A stretch of DNA of 64,000 nt from the human T2T-CHM13v2.0 reference genome, Homo sapiens (GCF_009914755.1 NC_060932.1), one strand, 5' to 3'; counted from the first letter of the stretch, positions 1 through 22,113 are shown. The notes: generated by a model from the sequence alone, not told the origin. Numbers and translations: made by a program.

Positions 1-264
1 TCCTGCCTCTTGCTCCTGAATAGCTGAGACTACAGGCATGCACCACCATGCCCAGTTAATTTTTAAGATTATTTTTTGTAGCGACAGGGTCTTACTATGT
101 TGCCCAGGCTATTCTCAAACTCCTGGGCTCAAGCAATCCTCCCACCTCAGCCTCCCAAAGTGCTGGGATTATAAGGCAAGAGCTACCACACCCAACTCTA
201 ATCTATCTTCATACATAAATGATAACTGACCTGGGTATAAAAATAAAATTATATATGAAAATAA

Positions 265-557
265 TTTTTTTTTTGAGACAGAGTCTTGCTCTGTTGCCCA
301 TGTTGGAGTGTAGTGACGTGATCTTGGCTCAGTGCAGCCTCCGCCTCCTGGGGTTTAAATGATTCTCCTGCCTCAGCCTCCCAAGTAGCTGGAACTATGG
401 GCATGTGCCACCACACCCAGCTAATTTTTGTATTTTTAATAGAGATGGAGTTTTGATATGTCGGCTAGGCTGGTCTCAAACTCCTGATTTCAGGTAATGC
501 ATCTGCCTTGGCCTCCCAAAGTGCTGGGATTACAGGTGTGAGCCACCACACCTGGCC
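265..557 (-). mobile_element. Alu (AluS-type)
   Basis: Antisense dimeric Alu with poly(T) head; gaaaataattt repeated on both flanks. Confidence 0.9.
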
Positions 558-1044
558 TGAAAATAATTTTCCTTCACAATCTTATAGTCTCTGTAGTCTT
601 TTTGCTTCTAGAGTTTCTAAGAAGAAATCCAAAACCATGTAGATTCCAGATTTTACCCCCTCTCTTTTCATAATTTGTTTTTATCCCCTGTCGCTAGAGG
701 CTTGTAGAATTTTCTCTGTTCCAAATGTTCTGAAAATTCACAGTGATTTATCTTGGTGTAAGTCTTTTAATCTATTGTGTCAGACACTCAATGGGGCTTT
801 CAATTTGACAATTTGTTATTCATCCTGATAAGTTTTATTGAATTATTTCATTGCTGATATCTTCTTCTCATTTTCCCTTTTTCTAGATCTCCTATTGTTT
901 GGGTTTTGGTTCCACTGGATAGATCCTCTTATTTTATCCCCTTTTCTCTTTAATTTTCTGTCTCTTTGTCTTTTTTCTCTACTTTTGGGGAAATCCTAAA
1001 ATTTTATTTTTCTAATTTTTTATGGATTTCTTCATTTTTACTAA

Positions 1045-1358
<314 letters not shown>

Positions 1359-2884
1359 ACATTTAAAAAATTTCTAAGAGCTATTTTGTATTCTCTGAAT
1401 GTTCCTTTTAATAGAAGGGGATCTTCTTATTTCATGAATGTAATGCCTTATCTCTCTGAGAATATTAATGATAGTTTCCCCCCCAGGTTTTTCCCCTTGC
1501 ATAATTTCTAATTCTCTAAGTGGGGCTTTTTCTGTTTGCTTTGGTATCTATCTTGCCTCTCTGCTGTCTGTTTATGCTTAAGTGTGGAGTACTAAAGAGG
1601 TGATTGGAAGATCTGACCATGTGTGTGGGGCATAGAGTGCTATAGGAGTCATTTTCAGTGGGCTGTTGGGGAGAGAATTCCCCCAATTAAGTAACTTTAA
1701 GTCCTTCCTCTTGAGCTGCTCAAACTCCATAGAGAGAGATATTATTCTGTAGGGTAAGGATCTGGCCATAGGGCTTTCGATAGTCAATGGGTAGAGGCAG
1801 AAATGATCTGGTGTTCTTTGCATTCAGCATTCAGTATGCATATTGTCTCTCTTTAAAAAAAAAAAAAAAAAAAAGCTTTTTATTTCAAATTTACATAAAA
1901 GTTGCAAGAAAAGTCCTGAGAATGCCCATATATTCTTTATCCGGATTTACCAGTTTTTAGCATTTTGCCACATTTAATATTTTGCCCCCCAACACACACA
2001 CAAAAATTAGTATTTTTTTTTTTCTGAACCATTTGGGAGTAGAGATTGCTACATAATGTCCATTAACCTCTTCATACTTCAATGTATATTTCCTGAGAAC
2101 AAATATATTCTCAGAAACTGTTTCTTAATCTTCTGGCTTTTGGATATGTTACCTAGACCCTCAAATGTGCTTGGCTTCCGCCAATCCAGAGACTTTCTGT
2201 TTTATCTTCTCTAGAGGATAAACCTAATTTATTGATCATATGTAGATGAGAAACAGTTGCCCAGTGGTGTACACCTGGAGAGGAAGATCTAGATATTTCA
2301 CCTTCATACATGGCTTTACCCAGTCCTCCTTATTTTAGCCATTCCCTTACTCCCAAATTCCAGAGGTACCTAGTGCTGACGATTTTCCTTTGTTTTCAAG
2401 ATTCTTCAATGTAATTTTAATTACTTCTGAGCTTGGCCAATTACTGTATTTTCTTGATACTATGATGCACTTTGGGAGGATTTGTAAATTCATCGTGGTG
2501 GTCTTTTTTTCATTTTCTTCTTTTTCTTTCTTCCCCACTCCCCCTTTCCTTCCTTTTTCAAAAAGCTGAAAGCGTTAAATAAATGATGAATCTTAAAATT
2601 GTTAGGTTCTTTAAATCTGATTTCCAATTGTCAGTAACTTCCCTCAAAGAATGTTATGTCATAACAAAATGACGGGTGAATCCTATTCCCTACTTTAAAG
2701 AGAGAGAAAAAAAAAAGAATGTTTAAGTGTATAGCCAATGATCCACAAGGCTAGCAACTGATCCATGATTAATAGCTCAAGGTCATAAAAGTAGTCAGGT
2801 ATAAAAGCCCAGAAAAACATGATTGTCAGCCACACACTTTGACAAATCATCTTCATCCATGACTCTAGAAAGTTGTTTATTATA

Positions 2885-3173
2885 ATTATTTTTTGAGATA
2901 GATTCTCAGTCTGTCGCCCAGGCTAGAGTGCGGTGGCGCCATCTCGGCTCACTGCAACCTCCGCCTCCCGGTTCAAGCAATTCTGCTGCCTCAGCCTCCT
3001 GAGTAGCTGGGATTACAGGCACCCACCACCACACCCAGTTAATTTTTGTATTTTTAGTAGAGACACAGTTTCACCATCTTGGCCAGGCTGGTCTCGAACT
3101 CCTGACCTCGTGATCCACCTGCCTCGGCCTCCCAAAGTGCTGGGATTACAGGTGTGAGCCACCGCACCCGGCC
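2885..3173 (-). mobile_element. Alu (AluS-type)
   Basis: Antisense Alu; tagaaagtt on both flanks. Confidence 0.9.
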
Positions 3174-4003
3174 TAGAAAGTTTTTTTAAAAGGCAGACTC
3201 AAGCATGCACTTTTAAATTTAATATAATTTAACTTGCAGGAAAAATCCTAGAAATGTAGAGAATTTAACAAACATCTATTGACCCTCCATCCAGAATTAA
3301 TATTTATTTTTTAAATTTAATAGGCAGATTTTAACAAGTTATCTTTAATAGGGAAAATTCATCAAAAACATAACATTGAGTGAAATAAGCAAGTCATAGA
3401 AAAAAAAACCCATTACAATAAGATCCATTTATATAAAGTTCAAAACAGGCAGAGCTGAACAGTGTATTGTTTAGGGAAATATATGTTGGGGATCAAGACC
3501 AGGAAGAGAAGCAAAGGCATGGTTATCGCAAAAGTCAGGAGCAGAGGGGGAAGGAAGGGATGCTTTGGGGCAGAGAGAGGGGGATACTATTCTATTTCGT
3601 AGCCTGATGGATGGAACACAGGTGTTTATATTATTGTTATCCTCAAAAATGAACATATCTTTTAAAATACTCTTGTGTGTGTTACATTTTATAGTTTAAA
3701 AAATCACTTGACTAAATATAAAGTCCTACACCATAGTCCAAAAAAAGCCAAACCAGAATAGCCTTATCCACCAGATATGGGGTTGTAAAGGGGTGAATCA
3801 GGTGATGGAGGCTCCATTTGGAGAAGAGTGACCTCTGATTTTCTCTGTGCGGCCGGCTAGGGTCAAGGCCAGAAACCATGCAGAGCCCAGGGAACTGCCC
3901 TTTTCCCGGAAGTAAGGCAAACAAGGAGAGTTGGGGGAACTTGGCCCATGTGATGTGAGAAACCCTCTTTGATCTTCAGGAACCTGCATCTTCCACTGTG
4001 TTA

Positions 4004-4229
<226 letters not shown>

Positions 4230-4324
4230 CTATTAACCTCTTGTAATATTTGTTGTAAAAGTGTTTTTTCTTGTTGTTGTTTTTTAAATAAAAGGGTAAA
4301 CTCTTTAAAGTTGGACTCAGGCTT

Positions 4325-4930
<606 letters not shown>

Positions 4931-5308
4931 CCCATAGACTTATATTATAAATCCTTTTTATTTTGTAATGACTTCAAACATGTGGGAAAGTTACAAGAAT
5001 AATTTAGAGAAATTTTTGTGTATCTTTTATCCAAAGATTTTTTAAAGTTTGTCTATTTGTCATAATTCTCTCTCTCTCTCTGTGTATACATATATATGTA
5101 TGTGTATGTATATTATATTCAGTTACATGTTTTTATATTGTTTTATGTACATATATACACATGTTTATGTGTATGTATATTAATATATACTAATTTGATG
5201 TAAACATGTATATATTCCCTTTGTGTTGATTTTTACTCTGTCTGTGGTAGAGTAGATTGCACACATCATGCCTCTCACTTTAGGGTTTCTTCTTTATAAC
5301 AAAGATAT

Positions 5309-5620
5309 TGGCCAGGCACAGTGGCTCACTCCTATAATCCCAACGTTTTAGGAGCTGAGGCAGGAGGATCGCTTGAGACTTGAAGTTCAAGACAGCTTGG
5401 GAAACATAGGAGACACCATCTCTACAAAAAATAAAAATTAGCCAGGCATGATGGTGCACACCTGTCATCCTAGCTACTTGGGAGGCTGAGACAGGAGGAT
5501 CACTTGTGCCCAGGAGGTCGCATGATCTCCAGTGAGCAGTGAGCTGAGTTTGAGCCACTGAACTCCAGCCTGGGTAACAGAGTGAGACCCCATCTCAAAA
5601 AAAGAAAAGAAAAGAAAAGA
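5309..5620 (+). mobile_element. AluJ
   Basis: Sense Alu with J-type sequence; aaagatatt on both flanks. Confidence 0.85.
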
Positions 5621-7140
5621 TATTTTCTTACCTAACCATAGTACAGTTATGAAATTCAGAAATTTTAACATTGACACAATAGTTTAATCTCATCTATAAT
5701 CCACATTCTAATTTTGTTGATTGTCCCAAATATATCCTTGAAGACATTTTTCTCTCCAGGATCCAGTCCAGGATCATATGTGGCATGTTCCTAATCCAGC
5801 AGATTTCCCCAACCATTGTTTGTCCTTCATGATGCTGGCATTTTTGAAGGATACAGACCATTTATGTTACAGAAAAGTTTGCAGTTTATTTTCTGTGTCC
5901 TCTGGAGGTATGTGACTTCTACTTGCCCCTCATTGATGAAGTTATTTTTTTAAAAAACAACTTTCTGAGTTATAAGTCACATACCGTAAAACTTACTCAT
6001 TTAAAACCTACAACTCAATTCTTTTTACTAAGTTCACAGGGCTGTGCAACTATCACCCCAATCTAACTTTAGAATATTTTCGTCCTCCCTAAAAAAAAAA
6101 ACAAAAAAAACATGCCCATCAACTATTACTCCCTATCTCCCTTTTACCACTCCAACCCCCATACCCAGCTCTTAACAACCATTCATCTAACTTCACCTCT
6201 CTAGATTTGCCTATTCTGGACATTTCATATAAATTGCATCATACAATGTGTGTTTTATGTGACTCAGTTCTTTCACTTAGCATAATGGTTTCAAAGTTCA
6301 TTTGTGTTGTAGCATGTAGCAGGTATCAGTACTTTATTTCCTTTTTTCTTTCTTTCTTTTTTTGGAGATGGGGTCTCACTCTGTTGCCCAGGCTGGAGTA
6401 CAGTGGTGCAATCACAGCTCACTGCAGCCTCGACCTCCTGGGCTTACGTAATCCTCCCACTTCAGCCTTCCAAGTAGCTGTACCACCACACCTGGCTAAT
6501 TTTTTAATATTTTGAAAAGACTAGTCCTCACTATGTTGCCCAGGCTGGACTTGAACTCCTGGGCTCAAGCGATCCTCCCACCCCAGACTCCTAAAGTCCT
6601 GGGATTACTGGCATAAGCTACTAGACCCAGCCAGTATTTTATTTCTTTTTACAGCTGAATAATATTCCATTGTATGGTTATACTACATTTTATTTAGCCA
6701 TCAACACATGTTAATGGACATTTATGTTGTTTCCAGTTTGGGGCAATCATGAATAATGCTGCTACAGACATTCATCCGTATACAAGTTTATATGTGGATG
6801 TATGTTTTCATTTCTCTTGGGTATATACCTAGGAGTGAAATTACTGGGTTATGTGTAACTCTATGTTTAAATTTTTAAGGAATTACCAAATTGTTTTTCA
6901 AAGAGTCTATGCCATTTTACACTCCCAGCAGCAAGCTATGAGGATTGCTATTTCTCCATGACATCTTTAAAACGTGTTCATCTTTTTGATTATAGCCATC
7001 CTAGTGAGTATAAAGCAGACTCTTCTTGCAGTGTTGATTTTGCTAATGATTAGTGAGGCTGAGCATCTTTTCATGTGCTCATTTGACCATTACGTATCTT
7101 CTTTAGAGAAAAGTCTAGTCAAATCATTTGCCCATTTTAA

Positions 7141-7480
<340 letters not shown>

Positions 7481-7964
7481 TAATATATTCTGGATACAAG
7501 TCCATTATCAGATTTGTAATTTGCAATTTTTTTTTCCTATTCCATGGGTTGTCTTTGTGCTTGCTTTTTTTTTTTTTTTTTTTTTTGAGACAGAGTCTCA
7601 CTCTGTCACCCAGGCTGGAGTGCAGTGGGGTGAACTCGGCTCACTGCAATCTCTGCCTCTCAGGTTCAACTGATTCTCCTGCCTCAGCCTCCTGAGTAGC
7701 TGGGATTGCAGGCACACGCCACCACACCCAACTAATTTTTGTATTTTTAGTAGACGGGGTTTCACCATGTTGGCCAGGCTGGTCTCGAACTGCAGACCTC
7801 ACGATCTGCCCGCCTCGGCCTCCCAAAGTGCTGGGATTACAGGTGTGAGCCACCACACCCGGCATCTTTTTGCTTTCTTGATGGAATCATTTGCAACACA
7901 AGTTTTTAGTTCTCGTGACATCTAAATTTTTTTTCTTGTATTGCTTGTGTTTTTGAAGTCATAG

Positions 7965-8221
<257 letters not shown>

Positions 8222-9017
8222 TAATCTTAGTAGAGACGGGGTTTCCCCATATTGGTCAGGCTGGTCTCAAACTTTTGACCACCTGCCTCGGCCTCCCAAA
8301 GTGCTGGGATTACAGGTGTGAGCCACTGCACCCGGCCTCTTATAACAGTTTTATAGTAAGCTCTCATTTATGTCTTTGATCCATTTTGAGTTATGTTTTG
8401 TGTATAGCATGAAATAGAGATCCAGCTTCATTCTTTTGCATGAGGATACCTAGTTTTTCTGGTACAATTTGTTGAATACACTATTATTTCCCTGTTAAAT
8501 AGTTTTGAGACCCTTTTCCAAAATCAATTTACCATAAATGTAAGGGTTTATTTTTGTTTCATAGATCTACATGCCTGCCTGTGTGCCAATACCTCACCAT
8601 CTTGATTATTGAACCCTTATAACACGTTTTGAATTTGTAAATTGTGTCTTATTTTTCTTTCTTTCTCTCTTTCTTCATCTCTCCTTCCTTCCTTCTTCCC
8701 CTCCCTCCCTTCCTTCCTTCCTTCCTTCTTTTGTAAAGACACAGCTGGCCTCAAACTCCTAGTCTCAAGCAGTCCCCCAGCCTCAGCCTCCCAAATAGCT
8801 GAGACTATAGATGTGAACCGCGCCTGGCTCCTTTGTTCTTTTTACAAATTGTCTTGGCTCTTCTGGGTTCCTTGAATTCCATGAGAATTTTAGGGTCAGT
8901 TTGTAAATTTCTGCAAAAAAGCCAGCTGGAATTTTTCAGTGTAGGGATTGCACTGAATCAGTAGATCAGTTTGGGGAGTATTGCCATCTTAACAATATTA
9001 AATTTTCCCATCTATGA

Positions 9018-9206
<189 letters not shown>

Positions 9207-10068
9207 TGAGTAGCTGGGATTACAGGCGCCCGCCACCACGCCAAGCTAATTGTTTGTACTTTGAGTAGAGATGGGGTTTCACCGTGTTAGCCAGGCTGGT
9301 CTCAAACTCCTCACCTCAAGTGATCCACCCACCTTGGCCTCCTGAAGTGCTAGAATTACAGGCATGAGCCACATGCCCGGCCTATTGAGATCTTATTAAA
9401 TTTCTTTCAACATTTTATAGTTCTGCATGTACAAGTCTTGCACCTCTGTTGTTAAATTTATACCTAAGGATTTTATTCTTTCTGATGCTATTGTAAATGG
9501 AATTGACCTTTTTTTTTTTTTTTTGACGGAGTCTTGCTCTGTCACTAGGCTGGAGTGCAGTGGCCGATCTTGGCTCACTGCAAGCTCCGCCTCCTGGGTT
9601 CAAGCAATTCTCCTGCCTCAGCCTCCCGAATAGCTGGGATTACAGACGCATGCCACCAGTCCCGGCTAATTTTTATATTTTTAGTAGAGATGGGGTTTCA
9701 CCATGTTGGCCAGGATGGTCTCGATCTCTTGACCTTGTGATCCGCCGGCCTTGGCCTCCCAAAGTGCTGGGATTATAGGCATGAGCCACCGAGCCCAGCT
9801 GGAATTGACTTCTTAATTACATATTTAGAATGTTAATTGCTAATGTATAAAAATAGTTGATTTTTGTGTATTGATCTTGTATCCTGCAAACTTGCTGAAC
9901 TCGGTTATTAGGGCTAATGATTTTTTTGTGGACTCCTTAGAATTTTCTCTATACGAGATCATGTCATCTGTAAATAGAAATAGTTTTACTTTTCTTTTCC
10001 AACTTAGATGCATTTTATTTCCTTATCTTGCCTAATTTCCATGGCTAGAACCTCTAGAACAATGTTAA

Positions 10069-10788
<720 letters not shown>

Positions 10789-11464
10789 TAGCTTCCTTCT
10801 ATCCATTATCAGGTTGAGGAAGACTTTTCTATCCCATTTTTGTTGAGCATTTTTATCATGAAAAGGTGTCAGATTTTGTCACTTGCTTTGTCTGCATTTA
10901 TTGAGATGATCAAATTTTTTTTGCCCTTGGTTCTATTAATTTGTAATATTCCATTAATTGACTATCAGATCTTAAATCAACCTAGCATTCCCAGGATCGT
11001 TCCCACGTGGTCATGGTGTATAATCCTTTTTATATGTTCCTGCGCTAAGCTTGCTTGTGTTTTGTTGAGGATTTTTACGTCTATATTCGTAAAAGCTATT
11101 GGTCTGTAGGGTTTTTTTTTCCTTGTATATCTCATCTGGTTTTGGAATCAGAGTAGTACTGTCCTCAGTGAATGAACTGGGAAGCTACTTCCTCTTCTGC
11201 TTTTTGGAAGAGTTTATAAATAATTGGTATGATTCTTATTTAAGTGTTTGGTAGAATTCACCAATGCGGTGACCCGCGCCTGAGTTTTTCTTTGTGAGAA
11301 GTTTTAAAGTTACTAATTCAATCCTTTAACTTGTTATATGCCTATTCAGATCTTCTGGTTTTTCTTGATTCAGTTTTTGTACATTGTGTCTTTCTAGAAA
11401 TTTGTCCATTTCATCCAAATTGTCTAATTTGTTGACATACAGTTGTTCATGGTATTCCCTTTTA

Positions 11465-11850
<386 letters not shown>

Positions 11851-11999
11851 AAAAATAATTTAATAGTTTAAGTTTTCTCTCTCTTTAATTCCTTGGTCTA
11901 GCTGAAGGCTTATCAATTTTGCTGATCTTTTGAAGAGAAACAACTTTTGGTTTGGTTTATTTTTCGTTTTTCTTTTCTTTTCTCTTTCCTTCCTTCCTT

Positions 12000-12322
<323 letters not shown>

Positions 12323-14249
12323 TCTTTCTTTCTTTTTTTTAAGATGGTGTCTCACTTTGTCACCCAGGCTGAAGTGCAGAGATACAGTCTTGCTCACTGC
12401 AGGCTCTACCTCCTGGGTTCAAGCGATGCTCCCGCCTCAGCCTCCCAAGTAGCTGGGACTACAGGTATGTGCTACCAAGCCCAGCTAATTTTTTTAGAGA
12501 TGGGGTCTCACCACGTTACCCAGGCTGTATTTTCTGTTATTTTTCTATCCTTTATTTCATTTATTCCCACTCTAGCCTTCATTTTTTCCTTCCTTTTGCT
12601 TGCTTTGGGTTTAGTTTGTTCTTTTTTTTTCCCCCTAGTTTATTAAGCTGGAAAGTGATGTTATTGATTTAAGATCATTCTTTTTCTTTTCATTTTCAAA
12701 AAATTAAAATTAAAAATAAAAAAATACATAAATAAAAGTTTCCATTTGCTTTTACATCTAGTGTTGGAGATCATAAGGCACCTCATCTTGGGAGTAAAAT
12801 TTTTTTCTGAGACAACCATTCGAGTGGTTCTTTTTTTTTTTTTTTTTTTTTTCAGATAGTCTTGCTCTGTCACCCAGGCTGGAGTGCAGTGGCAAAAATC
12901 TCAGCTCACTGCAACCTCTGCCTCCTGGGTTCAAGCGATTCTTGTGGCTTAGCCTCCCGAGTAGGTGGGATTACTGGTGTGCGCCACCATGCCTGGCTAA
13001 TTGTTTATTTTTATTTTTAGTAGAGACAGGGTCTCAAACTCCTGACCTCAAGTGATCCACCCGCCTTGGCCACCCAAAGTGCTGGGATTACATGTGTGAG
13101 CTACCCGCTCAGGGCCTTGAGCGGTGCTTCTTAATTAACCCCTTATTACCCTGGAATAAGGATGTAGCGTGACCATTTTTAAATGATTGGATAGAGGCTG
13201 CCATTCCCAATACTCCTTGCTATGCTGTGAAGTGGAAAGGAAATTTTGCATATGGTCCCGGTTTCTCCAAGGCATTACAGGATTGAGACCCTCATGCACA
13301 CATTCCTCCTGTCTTGAGGTACAATGTTATTAGATTATTCCAGCCACGTTGAGTCAGGCCTGCCTGGGGTCCTCTATCGGGAAATGATCTCAAGTGTCTG
13401 CAGGCAGTTGCTTGTTATGAGGGAATGGGAATCTGAACCAAAACCCAGGCTGGATGATGAGGGTAGTGGGGTAAACAGGAATGTTGTCATGCAGGGGAGG
13501 CTGGCCACGCCTCCTGATGCAGGCATCCAGGCCATGTGGGAGAATGTAACTAGCAGAGGCAGGGTGCCTGGAGAAGAAATAAAGAGCCTGTACCTGAGGA
13601 ACCCCAGGATAGGGAGTGGGCTCTGCAGCAGTGGAAATGGGGATCACTAGTGGATTGATCAGGGTCTCCAGTTCTCTCTCCGGTAAGGTAGATTACTTTG
13701 AATGTTAAAGGGATGTGACTTTGTGTGTGTGACTGAGCTGGTGAAGCTGGTCATTCCAGTTGCACTGTCTTGGTTGGTTTTTTGTTTCTTTTTATTGTGG
13801 CTACTTTAACTGATTTACTTTTCTACCATGTGGCACACCCAGAAAAAAGATTAGCTTCTCAAGGTAAGATAGAATTGTGAAAGGAATTCTGCTTATTTTT
13901 TCTTACAGATGTTAACAATCAGATAGGGTCTGCCTGGATAGATCTCCATATTTAACACCTCCGGAAGCAACTCTTTATAAAATCAAAAGACCATTTGATG
14001 AATAAAAAACACAGGTTGCCAGCAATAAGGCTAACCAGAGGGTCTACAAAAGATCTAAAAATCCCACCAAAATCTTAAAATCTCTCATTTAAATAAATGG
14101 ATGCATCTGAAAAATGCAGCTGGAATTTCTCTGATGCCAGGAGCAAAGCAGCACAGAAGTCCATGGAGGGCAGGGAGTAAACACTGAAGTTGCTCCACAG
14201 CGACCCACAGCCTCTGCCCTCACAGAGTGGTACTGCCCCACAGCAGTAC

Positions 14250-16225
<1,976 letters not shown>

Positions 16226-16317
16226 CTAGGCATGAAAGAGGTGTGAAAGAGAAAGATTCAGCAATACAAACCAATCAGCCCTATAGAGACTTCAGATATG
16301 GGAGTTAACAGATAATA

Positions 16318-17037
16318 TCTAGATAAAATATGGGGTTCCCAGCTAACTTGGAATTTCAGATAAGCAATGAATAAATCTTTAGTATAAGTATGTCCCACGC
16401 AATATTTTGGAGAAATTTATACTAAAACATTATTTGTTAATTACCTGAAATTCAAATTTAATTTGGTATTTTGTATTTGTGTTTTTATTATTTTTTTAAA
16501 AATTATATATTTTTTGAGACAGGATCTTACTCTGTTGCCCAGGCTGGAGTGCAGTGGTGGGACCATGGCTCACTGCAAACTTGACCTCCCAGGCTGAAGT
16601 GATCCTCCCACTCCAGCCTCTGAAAGCATTGGGATTACAGCCCTGCGCCACCACACCTGGCCTACATTCTGTATTTTTATTTTTTTTTCATTTTATTTAT
16701 TTATTTTTTTTGAGACAGGATCTCTGTCTGTCACCCAGGCTGGAGTGCAGTGACCCAGTCTCGGCTCACTGCAGTCTCCACCTCCCCAGTTCAAGCAATT
16801 CTCATGCCTTAGCCTCTTGAGTAGGGATTACAGGCATACACCACCATACTCGACTAATTTTTGTATTCTTAGTAGAGACCAGGGAGACCAGGTTTCACCA
16901 TGTTGGCCAGGGTAGTCTCAAACTCCTGACCTCAAGAGATCCACCCGCCTCGGCTTCCCAAAAGTGCTGGGAATACAGACATGAGCCACCATGCCTGGCC
17001 CATTCTGTATTTTTAATTGCTAAATCTGAGAACTTTA
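16318..17037. mobile_element. MER53 palindromic DNA-transposon MITE, interrupted by Alu insertions at ~16485-17000
   Basis: gaatttcagataagcaatgaataaatctttagtataagtatgtccca...ctgaaattcaaatttaa, plus terminal ttgctaaatctg. Confidence 0.75.
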
Positions 17038-17531
17038 GATATAGACTGTAAAGTAAATATATCTAAGATATTTGAGAAATGAAAGGAATTGGAAAGAGAA
17101 GTGATGAGCAAGAAATGACTGGGTATATGTGAAAGAGGAGTAAATGGACCTTTTAGAAATGGAAATAATGTAAATCTAAAATGAAAACTAAATGGAAGAT
17201 TCAGGAGTAAACATACTGATGCTGCAACTTACTTTGGTGTGCAAAATGTTGAGATTATGCATAGAGGGGTCAACAGTGGAAAGATATGTGATAAAACAAG
17301 GATAGTAAAATACTAATTGTAAAATATAGATGGTGGGTATATGGGAGTTTAATGTAATATTCTTTCAATTTATCCTTATTTTGAAAATTATCATAGTAGA
17401 ATGTTGAAAAAAAGGCAGAAAAGTTAAACAGCATACTGGAAAAGTTTAAATACCGAACTAGAGGGTAAATTTGTAGCAATTTCAAAGACTGTAGCCCAGA
17501 AACAAGAAACAGAGACTACGAGAGACTGCTC

Positions 17532-17888
17532 ACTATGGTGTGCATGTTCATGTTCCCCAGAAATTCGTACGTTGAAATCTCAGCCCCTAAGGTGATGGTG
17601 TTAGGAGGTGGAGACTTTGGGAGGTGATTAAGTCTTAAGGGCATACGATGAGATTAGTGCCTTTTAAAAAGAGGTCCCAGAGAGAGCCCATCCCACTTCT
17701 TCCCCTGTGAAACAGCAAGAAGACAGCCATGTATGAACCAAGAAACGGGCCCTCACCAGAACCTGACCATGCTGGCACCTCGATCTTGGACTTCCCAGCC
17801 TTCAGACCTGTGAGAAATAAATTTCTGCTGTTCATAAGCCACCCAGTCTATGCTGTTTTTGTTATAGCAGCCTTAACAAACCTAGACA
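17532..17888 (+). mobile_element. MLT1A-type MaLR solo LTR
   Basis: gttgaaatc...gtgatggtgttaggaggtgg...gctggcacctcgatcttggacttcccagcc...gagaaataaatttctg; ends in gaca. Confidence 0.85.
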
Positions 17889-17909
17889 CTCATTAAGGTA
17901 AGTGCTTGT

Positions 17910-18260
<351 letters not shown>

Positions 18261-18574
18261 CTACAAGTTCTCGGAGAAGGTAACAAAATGAGGGAGAGGC
18301 AATACTAAAGTAATAGTTGCTGAGAATTTTTCATAACTGATGAAAGACAGTAATTCACAGATTCAGAAATTCTTATAAATGCCAAGAAGGATAAATAAAA
18401 AGCAATTTGCTTTCTACTAGGAATTTACAAAGGATATATTTCACAAGGAAAAAAAGTGTTCCTGGAAAAAAGATCTGAAGTGTGGGTCATTCTAAACAAA
18501 CATTGGTGGTTAGAAAGCAGTAATAATGTCTAATTTGTGGGGCTAAAAAGAACAGCAAGAGCACCTTTCACAGT

Positions 18575-19775
<1,201 letters not shown>

Positions 19776-20625
19776 GAAAGACCTGGTTAGACCCAATGGC
19801 AGTGTAACCCTAGAAGGTGGTGGCTGGAATTAAAGGATTATTTGGTGTAAAGCTAAAGACATGAATTATCATTAGGTTTTGTTAAGGTAGGTGGTGCAAA
19901 TTTCAAGGGTAACTACTACAAGAAAAAAGTTTTAGTGCATATCTTTAAAACTAGTAAAGGGCAAAATATGGAAAGGTTTTATGTTTAAAAACTAAATTTA
20001 TGTTCTTTTTGCAGATAAAGAAATAAATTCCAGTATATCAGTAATAATAAATGTAAATAGAGTGAAAAATACAGTTAGTGATAATAGATTTTCACACTGG
20101 ATGTATCTGCCCAGTTCCTTATCTGCAACTGACCATTTAGATAACCTACTCCCACTCCCATAGAAGAAAGGTAGAGTCAGGTAGAGGGAAAGGGAGATTT
20201 CTGCTCTATCAGAAGCCCTCTACAATGGAAACCAGAAGCTACAGAAACCTAATAACTTTTCCTGCTCTTAGGTTCTAGATATAGTTCTTTCTGTCTTTAG
20301 ATTCTTTCACGAAGTTCAGTAAAAGGTGAATCCAAAAGTATTTAAAAACCTATAAAGGATGTAGGAATCAACCACATATTTTAAAATTTTTCTTAGAAAA
20401 GTATCAATATGCCCATATAGGGAAAAATGAAACTCTTGCTAAACACAACAGTAAGGCTGTGAATTTATGTAGCTTTACTATCTATTTCCATTTCTTTCCA
20501 TTTTCTCATTTGTATTTGACAAATTCCATTTTTACCATTTTTAAGATACTCCCATCCATGAGCAATAAATAATATTTTCAACCATTTGTCAACAACATTA
20601 GGCTGGGCGAGGTGGCTCATGCCTA

Positions 20626-20877
<252 letters not shown>

Positions 20878-21347
20878 TCATCTAAAAAAAAAAAAGAAAA
20901 GAAAAAGAAAACAAACAAACAACAAAAAAAATCGAGAACATTGTAATACGTTATATTTCATGATGAGAACACAGGAATATGAAAATGTCTTCTACTATGT
21001 TTGGGGGGCGGAAAATGCTATAGATAACATTGTCCTTCACCTCTCTCTAGCAGCAATGTGGTTGGGGAAACTGAAACGACCTAAAGGGGGGTGGCCCTAT
21101 TAGTCTACAGGTGTTCTTATCTTTCCTACCATGCCTTGTTTAAGAAGGGGCATCTTATTAGCTGAGTGTGGTGCCTGTGTTCCCAGCTACTCAGGAGGCT
21201 GAAATAGGAGGATCACTTGAGACAAGGAGTTCAAGGCTGCAGTGAGCTGTGATCACAACATTGTACTCCAGCCTTGGCGACAGAGTGAGACCCTGTAGCT
21301 AAGTAAAATAACATTTAATGTAATTTAAAAAGAAGGGGCTCATGTGA

Positions 21348-21825
<478 letters not shown>

Positions 21826-22017
21826 TAGCCTAATCAAGGTTTAAGCCAGTTTGTTTTAAAGTTAAGCCAATTTGTGTTCGATCTTCTCTCACTAGGAGTT
21901 AAAATGTCTCTAATTTATGTAATAATTACGCCTTCACATTAAGACATTATTGAAGCATTCTACTATGAATCTACTACTGAGAAAGCACACCTGCTTCTAT
22001 TTATTTATTTATTTTGA

Positions 22018-22113
<96 letters not shown>

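Noticed and set aside
20285-20332. Possible 25-nt micro-exon (ttctgtctttag|...aaaag|gtgaat)
   Set aside because: Weak donor, not frame-preserving, and no supporting neighbouring exons
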